Shown here piece after piece: positions 45,695 to 56,973 of a stretch of DNA of 64,000 bases (within the stretch, counting starts at the first letter, position 1; the number at the start of each line of letters is the position of its first letter). A program made the position numbers and the translations under genes. Under the pieces are notes generated by a model. That model made no database searches and had not been told where the DNA came from. It saw nothing but the letters and a program-made list of their open reading frames with translations. The DNA lies in the NCBI GenBank assembly GCA_964270895.1, contig OZ185445.1; one strand, written 5' to 3'. The DNA is from Podarcis filfolensis. Taxonomy: Eukaryota.

Positions 45695-45836
45695 TTCTTT
45701 CTTCTTTGGCGATCACTCATAGCCGAGTAAGATTGTCTTCCATAAACACGGTTTTAATAATGAATCCGTAAGTGACTGTGGAGGTCAATTCTGGATCCAC
45801 ATGTCCTTCCACAGTGGGGACATAGGTTTTCCGGGC
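45695..45836 (-). mobile_element. RTE-clade LINE extreme 3' fragment
   Basis: Near-identical to 50770-50905 (GATCACTC..TAGTAAGATTGTCTTCCATAAACAC...CACAGTGGGGACAT); short TTC tail. Confidence 0.8.
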
Positions 45837-45928
45837 TGTGGAGATGGCACATCGCTATCAGCTGGGGCCACGTGGCTTCCCTGAGCCAGTCAATGCTCTC
45901 AGTTTAACCTAACTCACTTGTCGTGAGG

Positions 45929-45972
<44 letters not shown>
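45929..45972. repeat. (AAT)n microsatellite (L2 tail)
   Basis: Direct reading. Confidence 0.97.
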
Positions 45973-46386
45973 TTATTTATTATTTATCCCTCAGTTATCT
46001 GGCTGGGCCTCCCCAGCCACTCTGGGCGGCTTCCAACAGAACACTAAAATACAATAACCTATTAAACATTAAAAGCTTCCCTAAACAGGGCTGCCTTCAG
46101 ATGTCTAATAAAAGTTTGGTAGTTATTTTTCTCTTTGACATCTGGCGGGAGGGCGTTCCACAGGGCGGGTGCCACTACCGAGAAGGCCCTCTGCCTGGTT
46201 CCCTGTAACCTGGCTTCTCGCAGCGAGGGAACTGCCAGAAGGCCCTCGGCGCTGGACCTCAGTGTCCGGGCAGAACGATGGAGGTGGAGACGCTCCTTCA
46301 GGTATACTGGACCAAAGCCGTTTAGGGCTTCAAAGGTCAGCACCAACACTTTGAATTGTGCTCAGAAACGTACTGGGAGTCAGTGT
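45933..46386 (-). mobile_element. Young L2 LINE 3' fragment
   Basis: ORF 46349-46062 (...NGFGPVYLKERL...RTLRSS..LLAVP...RAFSVVAPALWNALP...FIRHLKAALFREAF) is a typical L2 ORF2 C-terminus. (TTA)n tail; AGGATAA on both sides. Confidence 0.9.
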
Positions 46387-46400
46387 AGGATAAATTAGGG

Positions 46401-46546
46401 ATCACAGAAGCCTAGAACTGTGGAACTGGAAGGGACCACGAGGGTCATCTAGTCCAACCCCCTGCGATGCAGGAATTCTTTGCCCAATGTGGGGCTCAAA
46501 CCCACAACCCTGAGATTAGGAATCTCATGCCCTACCAACTGAGCTA
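46401..46546 (-). mobile_element. tRNA(Lys)-like-headed SINE with CR1-like tail
   Basis: Minus strand TAGCTCAGTTGGTAGGGCATGAGATTCCTAATCTCAGGGTTGTGGGTTTGAGCCCCACATTGGGC followed by TTCCTGCATCGCAGGGGGTTGGACTAGATGACC...TTCTAGGCTTCTGTGAT. Confidence 0.8.
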
Positions 46547-47149
46547 CCTTCCTCCCCACAATCAGCTTGATCAAAATGGGATACAAGCATGTGTACTGAC
46601 AAAGTGATATCAGGGTGCATACTTTAACCCAAATTTATAGGCTTTGGCCACCATCTGAAGGCCACTCTGAGTCTCTCCACATGTTGCAGGCATTATGTTT
46701 GAAGCTGTTCCACGTGTGGATTAGGCACTTCTCATCAGCAGAAATCTTTTAAGAAGAGGACACTGGAACGCCTCTCATATCTACGTGCAAAATCTAGAGG
46801 ATGAGTGGTGAAGCTTCTTGGGTCAGTGAGGGAGCACACGGGGAATTCTGAGGAGTTGCAGACTGTGCCAGTCAGAAAATGCTGCCTTGAGGGCCTGTAG
46901 GAGGTGACAAGCCCGGGCAAACAGGAACTGAGCAGGAAAAGCAAATAATCTCTCACCCATTGTGGATTTTTGAGCTGATATTGACTTGGACCTTTCACAG
47001 GAGGTACTAGCAAGCACACTTGCACATTGGCAACCCATTATCTAGTCTTTTGGGAGCACTGCAGTGCTGAGTTTTCTTACTGCCCTGAAACTAAATGCCA
47101 AGAATATTCATCTATGACGTTTTCAGTTCTTCCAAAGCAAAGTGCCTTA

Positions 47150-47391
47150 CAGTGGTACCTCGGTTGACATATGCTTCAGGTTACATACGCTTCAGGTTAC
47201 AGGCTCTGCTAACCCAGAAATAGTACCTCGGGTTAAGAACTTTGCTTCAGGATGAGAACAGAAATCGTGCTCTGGCGGCGTGGCGGCAGCAGGAGGCCCC
47301 ATTAGCTAAAGTGGTGCTTCAGGTTAAGAACAGTTTCAGGTTAAGAACGGACCTCTGGAACGAATTAGGTGCTTAACCCGAGGTACCACTG
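47150..47391 (+). mobile_element. Subfamily A MITE (242 bp)
   Basis: TA|CAGTGGTACCTCGG ... CCCGAGGTACCACTG|TA. Confidence 0.92.
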
Positions 47392-48097
47392 TACTCTGAA
47401 TCAAGAAAAAGACTTACTTTCTTACTGATATTGATTTACCCTGTGACTTTAAATTGATGCGTAGTTTGACCAGCCTATTTGGAAAACCCTGAAATTTCTT
47501 ACCATATGGAGATTGTTTTTGTTTTGTTTTTGTTATTGAATTTTTAAAAATATCATTGCCTGGAGTGAGTTTTTATTAAAGCACTCAGGAATCCTGAGCT
47601 ATCATTTTGGATTGACTTGTCTAACTTTGCATTAATTTAAAAAAAATGTTATTAAGAAGGATAACAAATACAATAATATGCTCTGGCATAGAAATCACAA
47701 GGATTACATTGGCTGTGTTATTGCCTATTCAGCCTTTCAAGCCTGCAGACTCAACCCTCAGGAGGGATTAAGCTGATTGCAACCAATTTTTTAAATTGTG
47801 TCATGGCACAAACCTATGGATGCCAAGTTGCATTTTGACTGTGATCTATTCATCATCTGCAATATTTAGCACCCATGTGCCTTATATAGAAAACACATCT
47901 AGGAGACTAGAGATGTGCTCTTGATTTAGGTCCTCTTAAACCCCATGGGTCTCCTTGAATAGGTACTGTTCCTGCTGCTGAAATGAACAGAGAAGTCTAC
48001 AAAAAGCACACACAAACAAACAAACAGAAAACAGATTCCAGGGTGCTGTGCAGTGTCCCGGAATCACACAAGGGTTTGTTTATTTTAATCAATTACA

Positions 48098-48294
48098 ATT
48101 TTATGCCGCCCTTCTTCCAAGGAGCTCAGGGTGGCATTAATTGTTCTCCTCCTTCCTCATCACACCTCTGTTATATGCTGAATGGAGAGATTGTTACTAG
48201 CCAAACATCATCTGGTCAGATTGAGAGCTCAGCAGGTATTCAAACCATCTCAATCCTACTCTGACCCTCTAACTGCTACTCCATACTGCCTCTC
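48098..48294 (-). mobile_element. tRNA-derived SINE (Squam3/MIR-like), diverged
   Basis: Minus-strand head GAGAGGCAGTATGGAGTAGCAGTTAG; similar to 10660-10854. Confidence 0.6.
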
Positions 48295-48381
48295 AGTTTG
48301 CTAAGGAAGTAGTATTAATATTTGTGGTGGGTGGCGTTACTGTTCTGTACCCGCCAACATTTAGCCAATGAAAATAGGTAA

Positions 48382-48424
<43 letters not shown>

Positions 48425-48545
48425 TACCCCGCCCATCTGACTGGGTTGCCCCAGCCACTCTGGGCGGCTTCCAACATATGTTTGGAATAGAATATTGAAC
48501 ATTTAAAACACTTCCCTATACAGGCTTACTTCAGAAGTCTTCCAA
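48382..48545 (-). mobile_element. L2 3' end fragment with (AAT)n tail (48382-48423)
   Basis: CCCGCCCATCTGACTGGGTTGCCCCAGCCACTCTGGGCGGCTTCCAACA matches the 45990-46040 copy. Confidence 0.85.
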
Positions 48546-48595
48546 AAGTTGAGTAGTTACGTAATTATTTCCTTGGCTTGGTGGTAGCATAACTC

Positions 48596-48735
48596 CATAC
48601 CCTCCGACATTTTTCTGATGAAAATAGGGACTCCCTAAGGAAAAGCAGTGACATTCTGAGATCATTTCAAAAACCAGGATGGCTTCTGTAAATCCTGGAT
48701 TGTCCTTGGAAAATAAGGGACACTTGGAGAGTCTT
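48596..48735. mobile_element. Short non-autonomous DNA-transposon-like repeat
   Basis: Imperfect inverted ends CATACCCTCCGA / TTGGAGAGTCTT; an inverted homolog lies at ~55155-55250. Confidence 0.45.
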
Positions 48736-50712
48736 CTGTTTCAAATGCTGAATATTATTTCTATTTGGCTATAGTTATATATCTGCACACTAATTCATTC
48801 AAAACTTTATCGATCTTGCTGCTTTGCTCTTTCAGATTCTGCCGTCATTTTGTCTGTTTCGCCATTTTAATGTGCTTTCGTAGTTTCTCTCTTTCCAGCG
48901 TTTTAATTATTTCTTTCTGTCTTGCAAGCAGCATTTGAAGTGTTTGTAACCGTAAGGCAGGATGCGAGCAATTTAAAGGAAGTAAAGGAATGAACCCAGC
49001 TTGCACTTCCTTTCTGAGAGTAGAAATGCACATTTCTAGCTGTTACGGGAAGTTCCTCCAAGGCAGCTTAAAGTGTGTGAAGAGGAAATGGAACTCCCAC
49101 AGCCCAGCATTCTGCCCCGTACAGGAACTCAGAGTCCTTTGCTGGGCTGAGGGCCATTTCAGAATAAGCGGTAAATGTCACGTTCTCAGTTTGGATTGCT
49201 ACATCTTTGAAAGTCCTGTTTTCAGACTTGTAACCAGAGTCCCTTTCTCTAGATGGGTGCCAGCTTCATAAGTGACGTGAGAGTATTGTTATAGGTTGTT
49301 TTTGGTTGTTTTTTTGGGGGGGACCTCTAAACACTAGAAATTAAGAAATGGTAGGATTTTGATTATTTGGGATTTGAAGGGAATATACAATCTGCAGAGG
49401 AATTCCTGGGCTAGCCTATGCACAGACCCTGGAATCCCGTGCATGGCTTGGCAGGGATTCGGGTGACCTGTAATAGTATATTCTACTTGGGGACAAGGCA
49501 TGCAAATGTTCAAACATGCTTCAAACTATGTGCATGCCAAGTTACTGCTTTCTATCTACTGTGGAAGTAGCTTACCGTACTTATTTTGGGTATAACATGA
49601 CGTTTTTGTGTGACAGAGATCAGGATGTGACCATGGGTACCCAGACCTGTGCACACCATGCAGCATGCATGGCTGTGGCACCAAAATCTGTGTCACCTGA
49701 AATAACTTGAACTCTAAATAATTTGGGTGTGCACTTTGGGTCCTGCATTTTTTTGGGGGGGGGGAGGCATACAAATGTTCAATTTTCAGATTTTTTTCAT
49801 GTTGTGGCATCTTAAACTATATGTATCCCACGTTTCAGATTCTAGCACATCAGAAAATAACTTCATTATTTTGATATCTCTGGGAGTAAGGGAAATGAAA
49901 AAGAAAACACGAGCATACTGGTGCACCCAGAGTGCCATAATGTACCTAATTTCAACAGAGCTGACCTTTTAAAAAGTGGTTTTTTGATTGCTTGTTTTAT
50001 TATAAGATTATCATAGATAAACTATTTCATCCCTAGGTTTATTCATTGTGGTTGAGGAGACGGTGAAGGCATTTCAAGTTCATGTAACAACCATAATAAA
50101 ACATATTCCTGAGGTGTTGCTATTAAAGATGACTTGGGCAGGCATGAATATCAACAGTCTGCTCCTTCCTACATCCTGCCATGTCGCCTTGCTTCATTTT
50201 GGAGGGATGAATATGGAACTGGAGCATGAGGTGTGGATAATTTCAGCAAGCACGGAGACTAGATTAAGATGCCGGTCTATCAATTGTGCAATTTTAGCTC
50301 GCTGTGGTTTCCATTACTAAAGAACCATGGGGAATTACAGCAGCTATAAATAACTCTGGGCTGTGAGTCAAAAGTAGGTGTATACAGCTGTCTTGTTGCT
50401 ATAACAACTGCTTGTGACTGGGGAAGGGGAAAAAATGTAAGATATACATCCTGAGAACAGAAATAGGGTTGGTTTGTTTTTCAGGGAAATGAAGATAATG
50501 AAATACATGTTTAAGCTGTGGTACTAAGTTGGTGATGGTGACATTCTGAGACATTTCTCCTGAAAGACCTACATTGGCTCCTACATTGGAAATTGTAGAC
50601 GCTATCCCATTTAACTTTGGTCACTGACTGTCTCATCTCAGAAGCCAATTCAAGGAGGCATTCCCAAAACTTACTTCTGCACTTGCTGGTTTGGGTCATT
50701 TAAGTTTAAGAG

Positions 50713-51118
50713 TCTTCTTCTTCTTCTTCTTCTTCTTCTTCTTCTTCTTCTTCTTCTTCTTCTTCTTCTTCTTCTTCTGTGATCACTCGTAGCCTAGTAA
50801 GATTGTCTTCCATAAACACAGTTTTAAAAGTGAGTTTGTAAGTGACTGTGGAGGCCAATTCTGGATCCACACGTCCTTCCACAGTGGGGACATTGGTTTC
50901 CGGGCGGGAGTTCATCATGGTGAGGGTTTGCCAAGCCTGCCTTCCTCTTAGCACATTTCTCCTTTGCGTCCTGAGTTTGAGTGTCTTCAAAGCCCATGAC
51001 ACCTTTGGTAAAGGCTGTTCTCCAATTGGAGCACTTGCAGGCCAGTGTTCCCAGTTGTCAATGTTTATACTACATTTTTAAAGTGGGGCCTTGCATTTTT
51101 CACTTGCTGGAATGGGGG
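50713..51118 (-). mobile_element. 5'-truncated RTE-clade LINE with (GAA)n tail
   Basis: Minus frame ...CSINIDNWE..LA..SNWRTAFTKGVMGFED...NQCPHCGRTCGSRIGLHSHLQTHF* carries the RTE ORF2 C-terminal Cys/His motif. (TTC)n at 50713-50778; CATT(T/C)AAGTTTAAGAG at 50697-50712 and 51119-51134. Confidence 0.85.
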
Positions 51119-51726
51119 CATTCAAGTTTAAGAGCAGTTTAGTGTTGACATAAGGTGTCAAGAGGAGAGGAGCAGGTGGCAGCAGGGGCGGAGGAAGGGG
51201 GCGGTGGGGGCGGCCCCCTGGTGTCTTCTCTGAGGGGGGTGACATTTGGCGCGCAGCTCACCCGCGACTCCAAAGACTACCCCGAGCTGCGCTGCTTTGT
51301 CCCCTTTCCCTCTTTGTTTTTACAGCTGGGGGAGGCTTGGGAGTTGCAGGTGGGCGGTGCACCAAACAGGGCTTTGCAGAGCCAGGCAGAGGCCCGGGCC
51401 AGGTAGATAATGTGGCCCCCCCTTTTTTTACCCTGGGGATAACTGAAGTCTTATAAATAAGTAAGTATATAAATAATTTTCACAAAAGTTATGCTGACAA
51501 ATAATTTTATTTCAAGGCTTGAACCGTATCTGCATATAAGGACAAAATGAAGAATATAGATATACAATAGTGCTTTCAAAAAATAAACACCTGGCATCCA
51601 TTCTGTGCTTCTCTGAGGAGCCAATCCAAGGTAGCAGCAGAGGGACCCTCTCCCCTCAGGGCCTGACTGGGATGGTGGCAGCAGCCACCATGGTGGCAGC
51701 AGCTGTTACTTGCAGCCGAAGAAGGA

Positions 51727-52000
51727 TGTCAGGAGCAGGGCAGCAATAAATCACACAGCGTCAATGAAGTTAACTCTTTATTCAAGGAAACTGGGTCGGC
51801 TCAGGAAGTCAGGCCTAATGAGCACAGCAACTCGTCTGGGTAAATCTTGCCCCTATGGGGCAGTTGTGTGGACTGAAGGTCCCCGACTTCCCACAGTTGT
51901 CTAAGTCTCCTCCTCCCGCTGGCTTTACGAGTTTGTTCGAAGAAGTATTTTCTCATGGTGTTATATATTCAAAGGTGCCTACAGTATGCAGATTATCCAC
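51727..52000 (-). mobile_element. LTR-like fragment (U5/R end)
   Basis: The minus strand ends AATAAA(51782-51777)...TGTGTGATTTATTG...CTCCTGACA, with TATATAA at ~51967-51961. The 5' boundary and TSD were not found. Confidence 0.4.
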
Positions 52001-53056
52001 TAGGTGGCAGCATTGTATTGTTGCACCACATTTCCATTTTATTAAACAGCAGAAAGAATCGCTGCTTGCAATCAGCTTTGAGAATTGCTTTGTTCCCGAA
52101 GGACTATTGATATCTCACTTGTGATATGCATAAATTCTACCTCCCTGAGATTTGCAGTCCCGGAGAGTAGAACTGTTGGCCATCATGGGTCAGTGAATCA
52201 TTGATCAATGGTCAGTGACTCTGGTCCAACTCTAATTGAACTTTGTATGAGCAACGAATGGCTCACCCATATCCTTCAAATTCAGCACATGCAGAAGCTG
52301 CCTTCTTCATCTATTGGCCTCATCTGCTCAATCTGTCTATGCAGGCAGGAGAAGTCTCTAACTCCCCAAGGGTTTGAGGCGCATTGGCTACCCTCACCTG
52401 ATTTAGCTGGTCAGCCAAAGCTATTCCAGGGTTTAACTGCTGTTGCATATTGACAGCTTCTAGGAGCCATAGGTGAGAGTTGTGTTGATCCAAAAGGCAA
52501 GCTGGTCTGGAAGCCCTGCTTGCAGCATATTGATGATCAAGATGATCCCTGCCTAATTGATAGCAGCTGTAGTGCTGAGCTCGTATGTGTTTCACAAGCT
52601 TTCCCTCCCCCCCCCATTTCGTTTCATTTCATTTCACTTTTAATTCGTATACCACCTTTCTATATTACTATACACAAGGTGCTTTGCAAGCTGAAGAAAC
52701 AACAAATATCATACACTTTATAGCAATCTGATGCAACACAGAAATGTCACAATGAAAACATAGCTTTAAAATAAACAACTTATATTGAATAAAGTAATAT
52801 CCATTAGCATATAATAGTACGCAATAAAATTAATAATAATTAAACAGAAATTTATTCTTAAAGATCGCAACAAATAATTTCTAAACTATAACCAATAAAA
52901 AATAACAGCAAGTCATAGTGCATAAAATAACACAATATAAAACTGAGAAGCAAAGACACACAATTAAGAAAACTTTTTATTTTTATTTTTAATATCCCTG
53001 AACTCCTCTTCTCTCTCCCCAGCTGCTTCTGCTGTTCTGGGAAAGGCTCCCAGGGC

Positions 53057-53456
53057 TGGAGAGGGTGGGGCAAAGCAGGTGGGAAAAGCCATTGCCTGAT
53101 GGCCAGCAGAAAGTCTCTCTCACCTCACAGTTTGATGTATCCACAGGCCCCAGGCCAAGCTAGAGGAGGAGGTAATGGTTAAGACCAGCTCCCGGTGTTC
53201 CCATGTGATGTGACCTGCCTGGGCCTATAAAGATTGTGTGTCTCTTTACTTGGGTATGGACAAGGCATCTCCTCGATGTGGAGTCCGTCCCACGTGAATG
53301 CTGTGAGGAGGGGCAAGGAGGAAGGCATTGGACCTTTGCTGTAAGTTTGTACCCTCCTTTGATAAATTGTTCTACCTGATCACTCTGGAAGTTTGGGCAT
53401 CTTTCTTTGAAATTCCTGCGTATCTGAACTCCTAAGTGTCTTATTCTGGCTCTGCA
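53057..53456 (+). mobile_element. Candidate solo LTR (400 bp)
   Basis: GGGC|TG ... CA|GGGC, TATAAA at 53226-53231, GATAAA at 53361-53366, U5-like GTGTCTTATT...CTGCA end. A 4-bp match could be chance. Confidence 0.35.
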
Positions 53457-54054
53457 GGGCGTTTCAAGGGTGGGGGACTAAAGGTGGACAAGCTACCCCA
53501 GAAGGAGCATGACGTTCCCCCCTCCAGCCAGAGGTGCTACCTCTCCCCTGACACCCCATATGAACTCATAAAGGAAGGGAACTACCGTAAATCCTTCTTC
53601 CCTAGATGAGAATATGTTCACATACACATTCAGTGTTTATGTTCCCTTTGTGTGCAAGGGATAAGGGCCATGAGGCAGGAAGGGGCAACATGTGAAGATG
53701 GGCGCTCTTAGTGGCACACATCTGACCGCAGCGTGCACATGGTTTCTCCCTTTGTACATGTATTGCCCTGTGTGAATCTCTGGTGCCAATTTTAGTGGAA
53801 CAACTCGCACCATTACTTTGACTGGCACATCCTCCCTGACGTCCATTACGTATGCTTTGCTTTTTTTTTTTTTTTTTTACTTTTGCCCTGTGCTTGTGGA
53901 AGTGTGGAGGTTTCTTTTGGCTGAAAGTCCCCACCGAACCAGTCATCAATAGTGGGGTGCTGATGACTGGTGGAGAGGTTGTCAGACAGCGCCACCTTCT
54001 GGACTGGAGGGTAGAGAAGGTTAGTGAGGCAGGGCCCATATTGACCAACCTCTA

Positions 54055-54280
54055 CAGTGGTACCTCTGGTTATGTACTTAATTTGTTCTGGAGGTCTGTT
54101 CTTAACCTGAAACTGTTCTTAACCTTAAGCACCACTTTAGCTAATGGGGCCTCCCGCTGCTGCCGTGCCGCCACTGTATGATTTCTGTTCTCATCCTGAA
54201 GCAAAGTTCTTAACCTGAGGTACTATTTCTGGGCTAGCGGAGTCTGTAACCTGAAGCGTATGTAACCCGAGGTACCACTG
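54055..54280 (-). mobile_element. Subfamily A MITE (226 bp)
   Basis: TA-flanked CAGTGGTACCTC TIRs; reverse orientation. Confidence 0.92.
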
Positions 54281-54990
54281 TACTAGCATTTATTTTTTTT
54301 GGTCACTAAGTCTTTTGTTACCAAAACTTTTAACAATGTGACATCACCTGAGCATGGAAGCCATCTCTCCTAAATTAAATAAGCAACTCACAAACACATT
54401 CAAAGTCAGGAGGGGATGTCGATAGATATAACCCCATTTCCATTAAACCCCACTGAGGATTTGATACCAACAAGGGCTTGTGCAGATGTGTGTGTAACAG
54501 CTTTTCTCTCTCAAAACTTAGGAATACAATTAATGCAGCATGTAATGTGCTAAACAAGTGTTGCTAATTTGCACGACGGTTCCTGGCAATGTGGGTATTG
54601 AATCTGAATAGTCTGGAAAACACATATAACCCTATTCCCGTGAGCAGGCACAGCTGTGTAGATGCGCATTAAATTGGCATTTTTACATTGCATCTGGGTT
54701 CTCCTCCTGGGAACACGGTCTCTCCTATAGAAGAAAGCGTTAGGTGTGGTATTTCTAAATATGCAAATAAGATGGAAGTCTGAACAAGCATAACCTGGAG
54801 ATGAGAAATCATCCCATAAATGGAGGAATCTTGTGACAAATTGTTTCTGCATCTGTTTGGAAGTGGCTTAAGCAGATACGAAGAGGCAAAGAGGAAAAGC
54901 AGTGCAAACACTGATCTAAATGTAGAATGTATGCTCCTAAGGCTGGGAACCTTTGTGTATTTCTATAAAGCACAGGGTGTAAAGTGACTT

Positions 54991-55094
54991 TTTCCAACCA
55001 GGTGCCTTCCAGCTGTTTGGGACTACAATTCTTATTAGCCCAGCCAGCATGACCAGTAGTCAGGGATGATGGGAGTTTTAGTTTGGGGAAGGCT
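54991..55094. mobile_element. Short squamate palindromic repeat (GGACTACAA...GATGGGAGTT type)
   Basis: GGTGCCTTCCAGCTGTTTGGGACTACAATT...CAGGGATGATGGGAGTT; degraded relatives at ~26770-26860, ~41440-41500 and ~52140-52190. Confidence 0.6.
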
Positions 55095-55705
55095 GGTGTA
55101 AATCAGAAGCACTATGTATAATTCCCACTTCTAGCACATTATAAAACCAATAACAGACCCTCCAAGTGTCCCTATTTTCCAGAGACAGCTCTGGATTTAC
55201 AGAAGCCACCCCGGTTTCTGATTTGATCCTGGAATGTCCCACTTTTCCTTAGGCAGAGCCATAGCTGCAGCAGGGCTAGCTGGGTTTTTTGCCCCAGGTG
55301 AAGCCTCCAGAGGGGTACCATTGAGGTTCCCAGCCTGTGTGTGTGTGTGGGGGGGGGCAAACTGGGTCTTAGGCCTGTGAGAAATAAAGCTTAGTTTCAC
55401 CCATGCCTTAGGATGCCCCTATTTTCACCAGAGTTTTGCACCAAAGCTACAAGAGTTTTGCACCAAAGCTCTGTCATGTCAGTGACGTGTAAGTGGATGT
55501 GTCAAAAGACCGGTATTTTTATCTGTGTAATGGCTAGCAGGCTTTAAGATTAGGATATGAAAGTGATGGAGCCACAATATTTAACCTGCATTATGTGGGC
55601 AGTTTTTTGTTTTTTTAATAGCAGCCCAAAAAAGATCCTTCTCTGCTCCTCAAATATATAAGTGTAGTTTATTATCAGCCCATTACTGCAGAATAGGACC
55701 TATGC

Positions 55706-55935
55706 CATGGGTAGGCAAACTAAGGCCCGGGGGCTGGATCTGGCCCAATTGCCTTCTCAATCCAGCCCACGGATGGTCCGGGAATCACCGTGTTTTTACA
55801 TGAGTGGAATGTGTCCTTTTATTTAAAATGCATCTCTGGGTTATTTGTGGGGCATAGAAATTAATTCATTATTTTTTTTCCAAGGTCTGAGGGACAGTGG
55901 ACCGGCCCCCTGCTGAAAAAGTTTGCTGACCCCTG
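55706..55935. mobile_element. hAT (Charlie-like) MITE
   Basis: TIRs CATGGGTAGGCAAACT / AGTTTGCTGACCCCTG; 8-bp TSD ACCTATGC (55698-55705) / ACTTATGC (55936-55943). Confidence 0.85.
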
Positions 55936-56680
55936 ACTTATGCATTTGAGTGCATTACTGCTCACAACAACACCTTCCATTCCTGGCTCTGTTGTGCAAT
56001 TTTGGCTGGTTTCTGAGACTTCTGGTTCAGCAGCTGAGTCAGAATGCTCTCGCTTGGCTACAATGACCAACTGCATAGTTTACTCCAACAGCAGGTGTGG
56101 TGCTGGCTAGAAATGAATCAGGGAAATGTAAATGACAATTTATTTGATTTTTCTCTTCACCAAAGTAGGAGCTAATTAGGGCCAGGCAGACAGAAATAAT
56201 AAAGAATTATTATTTTAAAATATTAGCCTTGTTGCTGCTGTGCATCCAATTTAGATAGCAGACTGTTGGCAGCAGACCAAAGACTTTTCAAAGAAGGCTT
56301 GCCACACACCTTTGGCACGGTATAAATCCTTACAATTTGCTTTGCTGAACAGATCGAGCTCAGAACTTGCTTCTTAATTGCTCCAGTGCTTAGTTAAATA
56401 GCTAGTGCTGCATTGGCCATCTTCCAGAAAAGACAGGAGATACTTCCTGAGTCTGGGAGCTGGAGAGATGGCCTGTGCTTGATGGGGCTGCATACCTGTT
56501 GAAAGACCAGGGGCATTGTTTGGAGGTACTTGTTCATCCAGACCTGTCCATGGGGCCTCCATAGCTAGGAGCAAGTGCTTGGTAGTTCCAGCTATGGCTG
56601 CTTCACTATCTGTGGGCATTCCTGCACGAAGCTAGCCATAGTAATCCATGTTCTGGCAACCTCCAGTTTGGAATAGTGTA

Positions 56681-56906
56681 CAGTGGTACCTCGGGTTACA
56701 TGCGCTTCAGGTTACAGACTACGCCAACCCAGAAATATTACCTCGGGTTAAGAACTTTGCTTCAGGATGAGAACAGAAATCGTGCTCCGGCGGCGCAACA
56801 GCAACAGGAGGCCCCATTAGCTAAAGTGGTGCTTCAGGTTAAGAACAGTTTCAGGTTAAGAATGGACCTCCAGAACAAATTAAGTACTTAACCTGAGGTA
56901 CCACTG
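56681..56906 (+). mobile_element. Subfamily A MITE (226 bp)
   Basis: TA|CAGTGGTACCTCGGG ... CCTGAGGTACCACTG|TA. Confidence 0.92.
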
Positions 56907-56973
56907 TAATGCACTCTCAGTGGGGCTGCTCTTGAAGACAGGTTGGGGGAAGGAGGACTGCTAGAGGAAGCTA

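Noticed and set aside
46470-46546. tRNA-Lys gene (similarly tRNA-Ile at 44120-44180 and the Sauria SINE heads)
   Set aside because: Mutated anticodon loop (CCT), broken acceptor stem and fusion to a LINE-like tail: SINE heads, not tRNA genes.
50706-51002. ORF with a poly-Glu tract
   Set aside because: An off-frame reading of an RTE fragment and its (GAA)n tail.
51180-51420. GC-box-rich patch as an unannotated CpG promoter with a mini-exon (51326-51402)
   Set aside because: It starts CAGGGGCGGAGG and resembles the GC-rich hAT-like element at 39537-39679, so a transposon fragment is more likely.
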